Notes: generated by a model not told the origin, from the sequence alone. A stretch of 64,000 bases of DNA from Candidatus Omnitrophota bacterium (GCA_043819095.1 JBDRFF010000020.1:35890-99889), one strand, 5' to 3'. Counted from the first letter of the stretch, positions 51,776 through 62,639 are shown. Numbers and translations are program-made.

Positions 51776-53872
51776 CTAATTATTTTTTAAACTAATCAAA
51801 TTTTTAACCGCCTGAAAAACTTCAGCAACACCGATATCTGACATGCATTCCGTTTTTCTACATTGTGGTTTATAACAAGGGCTGCAGTTTAGATCTTTTC
51901 TTATCACCATAGCATTTTTTGCTGGCGGCATATGCCTTTCAGGAGAAGTTGGACCAAATAAGGCAACAACAGAAACTCCTGCTGCCGCGGCAATATGTAG
52001 CGGTGCAGAATCTCCTGTTATAAAGACATTGCATCTTTTAATCAACGCGACTAATTGCATCAACGTAGTCTTACCTGAAAAGATTAAAAGCTTAGATGAT
52101 GTCTTCTCCTGCAGCTTCTCGGCAAATCCAGCTTCGTCCTTTGTGCCAGTAACTACGACTCTTATATTTTCATTAGAAAGAGCATTGCAAAGCTGGGCAA
52201 ATTTTTCGATCGGCCAGCATTTAGTAACCCACTTTTTGCTTGCACATAAGTTTATTCCCACGATTCTTTCCTTTTTGTTAACCCAATAGGAATCTAACAG
52301 GCCTTTTACATGATCTTCGTTTTCTTTTGAAGGCCATAACTCTAATTCTACATCTTTATCCTGAATGCCCAGCAGCTTTAGGGTTCTAAATTGATGCTCC
52401 ACCGGAGGAATCCCAATCGGTAACTGTTTTACTTTATGATTTAATAAAAAACTAAATTTTCCGTTATCGTAACCGAATCTTTCCGGCGACATACTCAAAA
52501 AAGAAATTATGTGGCTGCTGCGATTATTCTGCAGGTCAACAACAAGATCAAAGTTATATTTTCTTAATTCTTTAGATATATCCAATATTCCTTTTATCCC
52601 TTTATGTTTTCCTTCGCGATCATATACAATCAGACCGTTTAGATAAGGACAGTTATGCAAGATCTGCTTAGATTCTTTTCCGACCAAACAGTAAATTTTG
52701 GCTTGAGGAAATTTATTTTTTATCGCCCTTATCGAAGGCACAGACAGAATTACATCTCCTATCGCACTAATCTTTATCATTAATATATTCTTGGTGCTAA
52801 CGGCCTCTTCGTAAACCTTAATCGTCGACTCGCACATCCGCTCTAAATTGAATCTTTCTTCAACATTTTTCCTTGCCTTCTGAGTTATCTTCTGAATGCC
52901 AGTCCTATCTTTCAAAACTTTAATTATTGCGCTGGCCATAGCATCGGCATCTTTAGGTGGGACCAAAATACCAGTCTTGCCATCTTCGATAATATCCACA
53001 ACGCCCCCTACCCTTGTTGCCACGACTGGCACTCCTGCTGCCTGGGCCTCGACTATGACACGGCCAAAGGCCTCTTCGGTGACCGTTGATAGAACAACGA
53101 GGTTTAACTTCGCAATAATTTGAGGGATGTCTTTACGTCTTCCCAAAAATTTGACGCAATGAGACAATCCTAATCTTCGAGCCAAGGTCTGAACCTCTTC
53201 TTTGTAAATCTGTTTATTCTCAGGAGCATCTCCCACAACCCAAACCTTTAAATACGGCATAGAGCGTATAACCTTTGCGACTGCTTTTAGAAAATATGCA
53301 TGCCCTTTTAACGGCGTGATCCTGCCAATTATACCGATAATAAATTCAGTTTTTGATTTCTCGCTATAGGGCTGAAAGCTGAACTTTTTCAAGTCAACGC
53401 TTCGCGGTATTAATCTAATACGCTGATAAGGAACCGAAAAATCATCGATCATATGCCTTCCGATTACATTGCTGGGAACAATAACCAGTTTCGGCCATCC
53501 CATAACTTTAGAAAAGAAATGCTCTGAATAATATCCGTGGCAAGTCGTCATAAACGTTGCCCCTGTATTTCGACAGGCAAAAAATGAAATCCAAGCGGGG
53601 ACGCGGGAACGAGCATGTACGATATCTATCTTTTCATTCTTTATTATTTCAGATAATTTTTTAATCATCTCTAAAATTGTAACTATCGACTTTCTATGCA
53701 CTGGCAATTTATAGTGGACTACTTTTGCGTCTTCCAAATCCTTAACTAAATCTCCGCCGTTTGAGACTACTACTGACTTATGTCCATTGTTGACTAGGTA
53801 TTTTGCAAAATCAACTGTACCTGTCTCTACCCCGCCGACATTTAGCTCTGGCAATACCTGTAAGATATTCAT
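51776..53872 (-). CDS. GT4-GT9 fusion glycosyltransferase
   Basis: N-half GGVE..EAFGRVIVEA (GT4); C-half SAIGDV..DLQ..DSAPLHIAAA..LFGPT (GT9). Confidence 0.88.
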   Translation of the reverse strand: MNILQVLPELNVGGVETGTVDFAKYLVNNGHKSVVVSNGGDLVKDLEDAKVVHYKLPVHRKSIVTILEMIKKLSEIIKNEKIDIVHARSRVPAWISFFACRNTGATFMTTCHGYYSEHFFSKVMGWPKLVIVPSNVIGRHMIDDFSVPYQRIRLIPRSVDLKKFSFQPYSEKSKTEFIIGIIGRITPLKGHAYFLKAVAKVIRSMPYLKVWVVGDAPENKQIYKEEVQTLARRLGLSHCVKFLGRRKDIPQIIAKLNLVVLSTVTEEAFGRVIVEAQAAGVPVVATRVGGVVDIIEDGKTGILVPPKDADAMASAIIKVLKDRTGIQKITQKARKNVEERFNLERMCESTIKVYEEAVSTKNILMIKISAIGDVILSVPSIRAIKNKFPQAKIYCLVGKESKQILHNCPYLNGLIVYDREGKHKGIKGILDISKELRKYNFDLVVDLQNNRSSHIISFLSMSPERFGYDNGKFSFLLNHKVKQLPIGIPPVEHQFRTLKLLGIQDKDVELELWPSKENEDHVKGLLDSYWVNKKERIVGINLCASKKWVTKCWPIEKFAQLCNALSNENIRVVVTGTKDEAGFAEKLQEKTSSKLLIFSGKTTLMQLVALIKRCNVFITGDSAPLHIAAAAGVSVVALFGPTSPERHMPPAKNAMVIRKDLNCSPCYKPQCRKTECMSDIGVAEVFQAVKNLISLKNN

Positions 53873-55830
53873 ACGATTTTCCTTATCGCATTTGTTACGA
53901 TTTGATTATCGTCTATTTTTTTTATTTTCGGTTTCTTTATCAGAGTCTCTTTGATAGATTTTGAAATATTCTCTGGATTAATCAACGAAATATAACCTTG
54001 TTCGCTTAAATGTCTTAAGAATATCCTATGTTTATGCTGCTGCGATATAGTTTTCTGGGCAGTCTCTACGACGATAACATATTTGCCGGAGCTCGCTGCC
54101 TCAGAAACCATCGAAATACTGTCATTGCTGACTATGATTATTTCGCTTAACCCCATAATCCCGCCTACTGCTTCAGGAATATTGTCGTCATTTGCAATTA
54201 TTAACAATTTACATCTTGAGAACTCTTTAAATTCTCTTCTGATTAACTCTTCGACTTTCAAAGGAGTTCTACGGGAAGTAGTCAGGAGAACCTGTAAATT
54301 TAATTGCTTAGATATCTCTTTTAACTCTGAAATCAAGTCTCTGATGGCATCGTAAGAAATCTGATATCCTTTCGTATCTCCACCTATAAAAACACCTATT
54401 CTGGTTTTCTGATCTTCACCAAGCACTGGAACCTCTGCGATGAGTCTCTGCGACTGGTCTTTCAAGTAATCCTCATCTACTAAATTCAGCGAACCATTTG
54501 TTATTACTACATTTTTCCTCTGGGCAGGCCGATCATGCTTAGGCATAATCACTAAATCAAATCTATTCGTGGCCAACAGATTGGGTTTTAATATTGATAT
54601 ACTTTTTGCGCGACTATCGTTAGATAAAATATAATTTATATTAGAAAGTGCGGAGCCGCAAGAAACGATAAAGTCACTCTTTATCGTAGATAATTTTCTG
54701 AAAGAGGATTTATCCAAAAATTTCTCCAAGCACCAAAGGCATCCCTGACAATGACGTTTCGCGGCAGGCAGGGAACATACAGCCAATAATGCTTTAGAAA
54801 ATCTATTTTTGAATTTGACGTCCAATATCTCTACTTGAGATTTTAAATTACGCTGTCCTAATTCTTTGACTAAGATTTTAGTAACAGCCTGGCTCTGTCG
54901 TAAATGACCAATTTTACCATCATTTAAAATAACAATTTTTCTTTCATCGGTATATTTCCAGATCTTATAAAGCCACATGTATTGGTCTGGATATTGACGG
55001 ATCATTTCTTCGCCTAATCTTGTGACTTTCTTAAGATTAGTATCTATATCTCTTTCGATATCGCCAGTTTTTTTCAAATCTAATTTCTTAAGAATAATTT
55101 TATGAAACGGCCCCCTCAGACGAATTATAAATGAAACTACAACGGGAACATCAAATTTTAAAGCTAGCCTTAGGGCGCCGGTGGGAAAAGAAGCATTTTT
55201 GCCGAAGAATTTTGTTAATTGTCCTTCTCTGCCTCCCTGGTCAAGAACCAAACCTAATAATTCTTTATTCTTTATAATTCTAATCATTTCCCTAGGATTA
55301 TCCCCTCTATAAAGGACACTGCCTGGCCGCATTTGTCGATAGGAGCTAAGTAACCTATCGGTAAGAACATACTTTTCATGTTCTCTAGCTACAATCCTAA
55401 ATGGCGGACCTAATTTATCGCATAAAACAAAAGATAATTCCCAGCTTCCAAAATGCATACTGGATAAGATCATCGCTTGTTTTTTGTTTATTGGATCTAA
55501 AATCACATCTTTGTTTTCAAACTTAACATATTTTTCGGTATAACCATAAGAGATCTTCGGCAGGCACAAAACCTCAACAACATGCTGGCAGAAATTCTGG
55601 AATGATTTTTTAGTAATTTTTTTTATCTCGTTAAAACTTTTAGATTGGCCGAAAGCGATCTTAATATTTGTATAAATTACATTTTTGTGTTTTTTATCCA
55701 AATAATAGCCAAAGGTGCCTATAACCTTGCCTAAATACAGGGCGAACCCGACCGGCAAAGCCCTAAAAAACCAACCAAGTGCTTTAGCAGTTGCAAACAG
55801 AAGATAATCTTTCAAAAAATGTTTTTTCAT
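53869..55830 (-). CDS. Lipid A acyltransferase (LpxL/HtrB-like) fused to ELM1/GtrOC1-family domain
   Basis: HFGSWE, LDQ, YPDQYMW...W; then DGK.GH..Q, P.HD, IGG, TTSRRTP, DSISMVSEA..SG. Confidence 0.85.
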   Translation of the reverse strand: MKKHFLKDYLLFATAKALGWFFRALPVGFALYLGKVIGTFGYYLDKKHKNVIYTNIKIAFGQSKSFNEIKKITKKSFQNFCQHVVEVLCLPKISYGYTEKYVKFENKDVILDPINKKQAMILSSMHFGSWELSFVLCDKLGPPFRIVAREHEKYVLTDRLLSSYRQMRPGSVLYRGDNPREMIRIIKNKELLGLVLDQGGREGQLTKFFGKNASFPTGALRLALKFDVPVVVSFIIRLRGPFHKIILKKLDLKKTGDIERDIDTNLKKVTRLGEEMIRQYPDQYMWLYKIWKYTDERKIVILNDGKIGHLRQSQAVTKILVKELGQRNLKSQVEILDVKFKNRFSKALLAVCSLPAAKRHCQGCLWCLEKFLDKSSFRKLSTIKSDFIVSCGSALSNINYILSNDSRAKSISILKPNLLATNRFDLVIMPKHDRPAQRKNVVITNGSLNLVDEDYLKDQSQRLIAEVPVLGEDQKTRIGVFIGGDTKGYQISYDAIRDLISELKEISKQLNLQVLLTTSRRTPLKVEELIRREFKEFSRCKLLIIANDDNIPEAVGGIMGLSEIIIVSNDSISMVSEAASSGKYVIVVETAQKTISQQHKHRIFLRHLSEQGYISLINPENISKSIKETLIKKPKIKKIDDNQIVTNAIRKIV

Positions 55831-56845
55831 TTTTTGTAAACTTAATTCCTATTCGTAAGGCAAGCAGAGAAATGCCCTCTGCAAAGCTCGGGTTAAACTC
55901 ATTTATTCTAGGTACGTCTTTCTCGGTAGTAATTATTGTGTTTATTTTATTTTCGCTACAGACCCGTATTATTTTTTTTATATCATCTTGTTTATATTGA
56001 TAATGGTCTTGAAAATAAAATCGAAGAGTAGGTTTAAGCCCTAATTTAAGAACTGTATTTTCAAAAGTTATAGGATCTCCAATACTCGCCAATAAGCAGA
56101 CATTTCTATTCATAAGTCCGGATACATTTACTTCTTCCTTGTTTCCTGCCCTGATCAGCGATAAAGGATGATGCACCGTCTCAACAAGCAAAGACCTAGA
56201 ATTTATCTGTTCTGATAAGAATTTAATCTTTACTAAATTATCCGAACCGAAATCTGTTTTAGTTGCGACTATCACATCCACTCTCCTTAGAGAAGAAAGA
56301 GGCTCTCTTAAGATACCCCGAGGGATTAATTTTCTGTTGCCAAAAGGATTTGTAGAATCGATAGTCACGATTTCCAAATCTTTATGAATCCGCCACTGTT
56401 GAAAACCATCATCAAGCAAAATTACTTCTGTGTTATGATCCTGGATTGCCTTTCTTGCATTTTTTATACGATCGCGACCGACCAAGACAGGAACACCAGA
56501 AAGATGCTCTGATAACATAGAAGCTTCATCTGATTTTCCCTCCTTGGAAAGCTCTCTTTTATATCCTCGGGTTAAAATAGCTACTTTTACGCCTTTTTCA
56601 GCTAAGCGCTTAGCTATTGTCTCGACAAGCGGCGTTTTGCCGGTACCTCCAAGAGTAATATTGCCTACGCTAATAACCTTACACTCGAGGTAATGTTTTT
56701 TGAAAATCCTTACTTTATATAAAAAAATAATCGACCTAACTACAAGTTCATAGAAAAAGGAAAACAAAAGAAAGAAAAATTTCAATACGGAAGGTATTAT
56801 TCCGTTAATTCTATCTGTTGCTAAATTGTAAAGATATTCTTGCAT
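55784..56845 (-). CDS. lpxK: Tetraacyldisaccharide 4'-kinase
   Basis: SVGNITLGGTGKTP, RGY, SDEA, LDDGFQ, P.G.LRE, DH..Y, TTEKD. Confidence 0.95.
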   Translation of the reverse strand: MQEYLYNLATDRINGIIPSVLKFFFLLFSFFYELVVRSIIFLYKVRIFKKHYLECKVISVGNITLGGTGKTPLVETIAKRLAEKGVKVAILTRGYKRELSKEGKSDEASMLSEHLSGVPVLVGRDRIKNARKAIQDHNTEVILLDDGFQQWRIHKDLEIVTIDSTNPFGNRKLIPRGILREPLSSLRRVDVIVATKTDFGSDNLVKIKFLSEQINSRSLLVETVHHPLSLIRAGNKEEVNVSGLMNRNVCLLASIGDPITFENTVLKLGLKPTLRFYFQDHYQYKQDDIKKIIRVCSENKINTIITTEKDVPRINEFNPSFAEGISLLALRIGIKFTKNEKTFFERLSSVCNC

Positions 56846-58116
56846 TAAAACTTTAGGATTTCTTTTAATAAATTTACTGTTCTTTCTGTAGCGCCTCTGT
56901 TTTCTTCGACTACTTCCTTGGCGTTTTTACTTATAGTTTGCGTTCTTACGTTATTATCAAACAGCATTTTTATGTTTTTTTGTAAGCCCTGCTCATCTTT
57001 TACTTGTATAGCGGCTTTTCTGCTTAAAAATGTGTCTGTCATATCCTGAAAATTACTCATATTTGGCCCGAAGATAATTGGTTTTCCGAAATATCCCGGC
57101 TCAATAATATTGTGACCGCCTTTATTCACTAAGCTTCCACCCACAAAGACTATTGTCGCTAAATTATACAAAGTCTTTAGATCTCCGATGGTATCAACTA
57201 GAAAAATATAATTCGAATATGCCGTTAGATTTAACTGCTCATTTTTTACTTTTGAGAACTTAATAACCTTAAAATTATTAGCTTTGATTAGCTCGATTAT
57301 GCTGTTTACCCTATCTATATGTCTGGGTGCTATCATCAATTTCAAGCGCGGATAATCTCTTAAGATATTCTTATAAACCCTGATAATAATTTCCTCTTCG
57401 TTAGAATGCGTACTACCCGCAATCAAAAGACGATCATCTTTTTTAAGACCCAAATCGGTAGTCTGATAACTATGGCTGGGAAACGTCTCATCAAATTTCA
57501 AATTACCAATGACCTTCACCTTATCCTTATCCGCACCCAGATAGATAATCTTTTCTGCGTCATCTAACGTCTGCATACAGAAAAGTGAAATTTTGTTTAA
57601 AATGCCTTTCAAGAAATATCTAATTTTTCTGTAGCCTTTAAAAGAGCGCTTAGAGATCCTGCCGTTTATTATAATTATCGGGATTCTTCTTTTATGCAGA
57701 TAATTGATAATGTTAGGCCAGATTTCAGTCTCGGCAGTAACAAAAACGCAAGGATTAATCCTATTGACAAACTTTCTTACGATAAGACTTAAGTCTAAGG
57801 GAAAATAGATAACTATGTCTTGGTTTTTTATCAATGATCGGGCGATTTTATTTCCAGTAGGAGTAACCGTTGAGATCAAAAGTTTTTTATCGGGAAGTTG
57901 TTTTCGTAAAACATCGAGTAATTTCGATACTACCAATGCCTCTCCCACGCTTACCGCATGAATCCAGATATAATCTTTATCTTTTAGCTTAGTCAATTCT
58001 TTAGGAAGAAAGCCCAGACGCGATAAGAAACCTTTGTGGAGCTTCCGCTTAAAAAGAAAAATCGGGAAATAAATAAGATGTAATATGATAAAAATAATGT
58101 CGTAAATTAAAGTCAT
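56845..58116 (-). CDS. waaA: KDO transferase
   Basis: WIHAVSVGE, TPTG, P.D, ETEIWPN, GNLKFD, GSTH..EE, APRH, FVGGSL...GGHN..EP. Confidence 0.96.
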   Translation of the reverse strand: MTLIYDIIFIILHLIYFPIFLFKRKLHKGFLSRLGFLPKELTKLKDKDYIWIHAVSVGEALVVSKLLDVLRKQLPDKKLLISTVTPTGNKIARSLIKNQDIVIYFPLDLSLIVRKFVNRINPCVFVTAETEIWPNIINYLHKRRIPIIIINGRISKRSFKGYRKIRYFLKGILNKISLFCMQTLDDAEKIIYLGADKDKVKVIGNLKFDETFPSHSYQTTDLGLKKDDRLLIAGSTHSNEEEIIIRVYKNILRDYPRLKLMIAPRHIDRVNSIIELIKANNFKVIKFSKVKNEQLNLTAYSNYIFLVDTIGDLKTLYNLATIVFVGGSLVNKGGHNIIEPGYFGKPIIFGPNMSNFQDMTDTFLSRKAAIQVKDEQGLQKNIKMLFDNNVRTQTISKNAKEVVEENRGATERTVNLLKEILKF

Positions 58117-58135
58117 ATTTCTAATTTTTTAATCA

Positions 58136-58996
58136 TCAAGCACGAGGATGTGCTTTATCGTAAATATTCTTTAACCTTTCCGTGGATAGATGTGTATAAA
58201 TTTGCGTGCTGGAAAGATTGGCGTGCCCAAGTAATTCTTGAACCGATCTTAAATCAGCTCCGTGATTAAGCAAATGCGTTGCGAAAGAATGCCTTAAGGT
58301 ATGCGGCGAGATATTTTCTTTTAAACTAGTGATGCGAATATATTTCTCCATAATATCCCTTACGCCGCGATCGCTTAGCCTAGTTCCATTTTTATTTAAT
58401 AATAATTCTTTTTTTTGCTTTTTTCTCTTATCAACATATTCTCTCAGTGCTGATAATGCCTTCTCTCCAATCGGCAGAAGCCTTTCTTTCTTACCTTTAC
58501 CCCTGACCTTTACCACTCCGGAAATAAAATCAATGTCTTCGATATCCAAGCCAACCAGTTCGCCGATTCTCATTCCAGTACTGTAAAGCGTCTCTAAAAT
58601 CGCTCTATCCCTTAATCCGGATTGCTTATCTCTTGGCGGCGCATTAAGAAGTTTTAACATCTCTTCTTCGGTTAAGAATTCTGGAAGCCGTTTATCTAAT
58701 TTGGGAGTTAATAAAAGCAAGGTTGGATTTGATTTAAGATAGCCTTCTCGACAAAGAAACCTGAAAAATGTTCTTAAACAGGATATTTTTCTGGCTAATG
58801 TCCGGCTTTTAAGATTTTTTGATTTTAGATGGGCAAGATATTTTCGTAAAGTTAAGTATTCGACATTCTCCAGGGGCGTTTCTTTTAGGAAAACGCCGAA
58901 TTCCTCTAAATCGTGTTTATAATTCACTATCGTATAGTTTGAGGAATTTTTCTCAATCTCTAAATAAGAAATAAATTTATCGATGTAGCGTTTCAT
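58136..58996 (-). CDS. xerC: Tyrosine recombinase XerC/XerD
   Basis: RDRAILETLYSTGMR, GKG.KER, HTLRHSFATH, LLGH, TQIYTH; follows dprA-topA. Confidence 0.85.
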   Translation of the reverse strand: MKRYIDKFISYLEIEKNSSNYTIVNYKHDLEEFGVFLKETPLENVEYLTLRKYLAHLKSKNLKSRTLARKISCLRTFFRFLCREGYLKSNPTLLLLTPKLDKRLPEFLTEEEMLKLLNAPPRDKQSGLRDRAILETLYSTGMRIGELVGLDIEDIDFISGVVKVRGKGKKERLLPIGEKALSALREYVDKRKKQKKELLLNKNGTRLSDRGVRDIMEKYIRITSLKENISPHTLRHSFATHLLNHGADLRSVQELLGHANLSSTQIYTHLSTERLKNIYDKAHPRA

Positions 58997-60993
58997 TATA
59001 AATTATTATTTGTCTTTTGCTCTTTAGGTGGTTGTTTGAGCCTGGAAGCTGTATAGGTACATTTGGGGAAATTGCTGCAGCCGTAAAATCTCTTTCCGCC
59101 TTTCGAACGCCTCTCAACCAATTCTCCGCCGCAGCCTTCATTTGGACACATAACTCCCGTCGGAAACGACTTTGAGAATCTACAATCAGGAAATCCTGAA
59201 CAACTCAAAAATCTTCCCCGCCTGCCCCATTTGATTACCATTTGCTTGCCGCATTCAGGACAAACTTCATCCACGAAAATCTGGGTTTTCTTAATCGTAT
59301 CCTGGGCATGCTGTAAGGCTTTCTTAAATGGCTTATAAAAATCGTTGATGACTGTCAAGCGCCTTAATTTTCCTTCTTCAATCTCGTCAAGATACTCTTC
59401 TATCTTTGCGGTAAAACCTTCATCCATTATTTTTGGGAAATATTTAACCAGCATATCAGTAATTAAAAAACCCAACTCTGCCGGAATAAAATAGCCCCTG
59501 TCTCTGTGGACGTAATTTCTATAAACGAGCGTCTGGATAATCGGCGCGTATGTGCTGGGCCGTCCGATTCCATCTTCTTCCAATGCCTTAACTAAAGATG
59601 CATCAGAATACCTTGGCGGCGGCTTGGTAAAATGCTGATTGGGAATGAGTTTAACCAGGTTCAATATCTCTTCGACATTTAATTCCGGAAAATATTTAAT
59701 TTCTTGTTCCTGCTCTACGTTATAGACTCTTAAGAAACCATCAAAGGTTAATTTTGAACCTGTTGACTTAAAATTATATCTTCCTGCGGTAATCTGCACG
59801 GACGTAAGCAAAAACTGTGCAGGATTAATTTGGCTGGCAACAAATCTCCTCCAGATCAAAGAATAAAGCTTGTATTGCTCTTCCGTTAAATATTTTCTTA
59901 TTGCCTCGGGTTTATTACTGACGATTGTGGGGCGGATTGCCTCGTGCGCTTCTTGAGCGGATTTCTTTGATTTATAAAGATTAGGTTTTGCCGGAAGATA
60001 TTTATCTCCGAAGTTTTTGGAGATATAGCCTCGAACCTGCTCGATGGCTGATTTTGCAACCTTTACGGAATCAGTACGCATATAAGTGATTAAACCCACA
60101 GGGCCTTTTTTACCCAGCTCAATACCTTCGTATAACTGCTGGGCAAACATCATGGTCCTATTTGCGGTAAAACCTAATTTGTTAAATGCATCCTGCTGCA
60201 GCGTACTTGTGGTAAACGGCGCAAAAGGATTTCTTTTCTTTTTGCTCTTGCTGATATCTGAGACGATAAAATGCTCGTTTTTAAGATCATCAATAATTTT
60301 TTTAGCTAGAGCTTCGTTGAGAATCTCAATCTTTTTATTGTCTTTCTTATCTAATTGCGCGATAAAATGTTTTCCTGATTTATCAGCCTCACTTTTTAAT
60401 TCTGCATTAATTGACCAATATTCCTGCGGGATGAAATTCTTAATCTCTTTTTCTCTGTCTACGATTATACGCAGCGCAACGGATTGGACTCTTCCAGCAC
60501 TTAGGCCCGAACCTACTTTTTTCCACAAAAGAGGACTTAATTGATATCCCACCAGTCTATCTAAGACTCTTCGCGTTGCCTGGGCATTAACCTTATTTAT
60601 ATCGATTTCACCCGGATGCTTAAACGCATCTTGAATTGCTTCTTTGGTGATTTCATGAAAAGTCACACGCAAGAATTCTTGCTTTCCGCCGATTTTATTT
60701 TTTATGTGCCAGCCGATTGCCTCGCCTTCCCTATCAGGGTCGGTGGCGATATAAATGCTCTTTTTACCCTTGGCAACTTTTTTAAGATGGCTTAATATTT
60801 TTCGTTTATTCTGAATAACAATAAAATTCGGCTTGAAATTCGCCTCAATATCCACGCCCATTGACCTTTTGGGAAGATCAACCACATGGCCCATTGACGA
60901 TTCAACTACGTAATCATTTCCCACAATTTTATTAATCGTCCTTGCCTTTGCCGGTGACTCAACAATAATCAATGATTGCGCTTTTTTAGCCAT
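58996..60993 (-). CDS. topA: DNA topoisomerase I
   Basis: IVESPAKA, ATDPDREGE, SAGRVQS, ITYMRTDS, GIGRPSTY; two zinc ribbons. Confidence 0.97.
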   Translation of the reverse strand: MAKKAQSLIIVESPAKARTINKIVGNDYVVESSMGHVVDLPKRSMGVDIEANFKPNFIVIQNKRKILSHLKKVAKGKKSIYIATDPDREGEAIGWHIKNKIGGKQEFLRVTFHEITKEAIQDAFKHPGEIDINKVNAQATRRVLDRLVGYQLSPLLWKKVGSGLSAGRVQSVALRIIVDREKEIKNFIPQEYWSINAELKSEADKSGKHFIAQLDKKDNKKIEILNEALAKKIIDDLKNEHFIVSDISKSKKKRNPFAPFTTSTLQQDAFNKLGFTANRTMMFAQQLYEGIELGKKGPVGLITYMRTDSVKVAKSAIEQVRGYISKNFGDKYLPAKPNLYKSKKSAQEAHEAIRPTIVSNKPEAIRKYLTEEQYKLYSLIWRRFVASQINPAQFLLTSVQITAGRYNFKSTGSKLTFDGFLRVYNVEQEQEIKYFPELNVEEILNLVKLIPNQHFTKPPPRYSDASLVKALEEDGIGRPSTYAPIIQTLVYRNYVHRDRGYFIPAELGFLITDMLVKYFPKIMDEGFTAKIEEYLDEIEEGKLRRLTVINDFYKPFKKALQHAQDTIKKTQIFVDEVCPECGKQMVIKWGRRGRFLSCSGFPDCRFSKSFPTGVMCPNEGCGGELVERRSKGGKRFYGCSNFPKCTYTASRLKQPPKEQKTNNNL

Positions 60994-62092
60994 TTTGCCT
61001 CACGAATAATTTTCCTGGTAATTGTTTTATCACATGCTTCATCTCCATCTGGACCAGAAGCGATAAAACAGAATTAATATTAAATCCGCTTTCTGCGACA
61101 ATTTCGTCGATATGTTTCGGAGCGGAAGTTATAATATCATAAAGCTGAGATTCTGTTTTTGATAAATGCAAATTCGACTCTTGTTTAGTTTCGTCTCTTT
61201 TAATCTCTTTCAGATGAATCTCAAGTTGCGGTTTTAATTCCTCGATTATATCTTCAACGCAATTGACAAGCTTCGCGCCTTGCTTAATTAATCTGTTTGT
61301 ACCAAATGATGTTATGGAATCTACTTTTCCCGGAATTGCGAAAACTTCTCTTCCCTGTTCCAAAGCAAAATCCGCTGTAATCAAAGCGCCGCTGTTTTTC
61401 GCAGCTTCAACTACAATCACGCCTAAAGATAGGCCGCTGATGATTCTGTTTCTGCGGGGAAAATTATGCGCTAAGGGTTTTGCCTTCATAGGAAATTCTG
61501 AAATCACTGCGCCGTTTTTAGAAATCTCATCAAATAATTTTTTATTTTCCGGTGGATAAATCTCCGCGAGCCCGCTTCCTAAAACCGCAATTGTCCTTGA
61601 TTTTGATTTTAATGCGCCTCGATGCGCGCTTGAATCTATGCCCCGCGCCATTCCGGATACAACTGTAATTCCTAATCCGGATAATTCCTGGCTAAATTTT
61701 TCTGCAGTGGATAATCCGTAATATGAAGCGCGTCGCGAACCAACAATCGCAATTGACATCTCATCCTGCGGTAAAACTTTTCCTTTAACGTATAAAACTA
61801 CTGGCGGATCAGAAATTTCTTTTAATCTCACAGGATATCCCTTATCATTAATAGTCAGGATTTGAACTCCGTGTTTTTTAGCTAAAGATAATTCTTCTTC
61901 TAATTGATCTTTAGAAGCCTTTGAAATCTCATTAGTGATTTTTTCAGAAATTCCATCAATATCTTTTAATTGTGATTTTGAAGCGGAAAGGATTTCGCCA
62001 GCTGTACCAAATTTATCCAACAATCGTTTTAATTTTATGCTTCCGATTCCCGAGATAGTATTTAAAAGTAAAAGTGATTCTTTTTCTGTCAT
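60986..62092 (-). CDS. dprA: DNA-processing protein DprA
   Basis: YP..L..I.DPP, AIVGSR, VSGMARGID, FPRRNRIISG, SGALITA. Confidence 0.95.
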   Translation of the reverse strand: MTEKESLLLLNTISGIGSIKLKRLLDKFGTAGEILSASKSQLKDIDGISEKITNEISKASKDQLEEELSLAKKHGVQILTINDKGYPVRLKEISDPPVVLYVKGKVLPQDEMSIAIVGSRRASYYGLSTAEKFSQELSGLGITVVSGMARGIDSSAHRGALKSKSRTIAVLGSGLAEIYPPENKKLFDEISKNGAVISEFPMKAKPLAHNFPRRNRIISGLSLGVIVVEAAKNSGALITADFALEQGREVFAIPGKVDSITSFGTNRLIKQGAKLVNCVEDIIEELKPQLEIHLKEIKRDETKQESNLHLSKTESQLYDIITSAPKHIDEIVAESGFNINSVLSLLVQMEMKHVIKQLPGKLFVRQNG

Positions 62093-62601
62093 TTCTTTAT
62101 AATCTCTAGAACGTTATCAACTACATCTTCAACTTCCATTTCCGATGTATCAATAGTAAAATCCGCCTGATTATAAAATTGCATGCGAGATTCTAATATC
62201 TTCTCGATTTCTTTTTTAGGATCTTTTACATTTAAAAGCGGACGATGCTTGTAGCTTTTGGTACGCTGAAAAATTACATTCGGCGTTGCATGAAGATAGA
62301 TAATTACTCCATTTTTGCTCAGATTCGACATATTTTCTTTATCCAGCACAACTCCACCGCCGCAGGCAATCACCAGTCCGTCTTTGCTACAGAGATCTTT
62401 AATGACCTCTTTTTCTATTTTGCGGAAATAGACTTCGCCGCTTTTGGCAAAGATATCCGTAATCGGCTGGTGTTCTCTTTCAACGATAATATCATCCGAA
62501 TCAACAAAGCGCATACCCAGCCGCTTAGACAGTTCTTTACCCACAACGGTCTTTCCCGCGCCCATAAATCCCACCAAAGCTATATTTTTCTTCATTTGCA
62601 T
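62089..62601 (-). CDS. aroK: Shikimate kinase
   Basis: LVGFMGAGKT, GE.YFR..E, GGG, RPLL; start at 62601 or 62595 because the ORF-track start overlaps the promoter. Confidence 0.94.
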   Translation of the reverse strand: MQMKKNIALVGFMGAGKTVVGKELSKRLGMRFVDSDDIIVEREHQPITDIFAKSGEVYFRKIEKEVIKDLCSKDGLVIACGGGVVLDKENMSNLSKNGVIIYLHATPNVIFQRTKSYKHRPLLNVKDPKKEIEKILESRMQFYNQADFTIDTSEMEVEDVVDNVLEIIKK

Positions 62602-62639
62602 AACTTTAATCAAATCAAGGGGTTTTTGACGTAAGTGAA

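Noticed and set aside
58136-58996. Tyrosine recombinase as an integron or phage integrase acting on the repeats as attC sites
   Set aside because: It is a housekeeping XerC/D in dprA-topA context without the IntI insertion. The repeats lack RYYYAAC/GTTRRRY ends and flank core genes.
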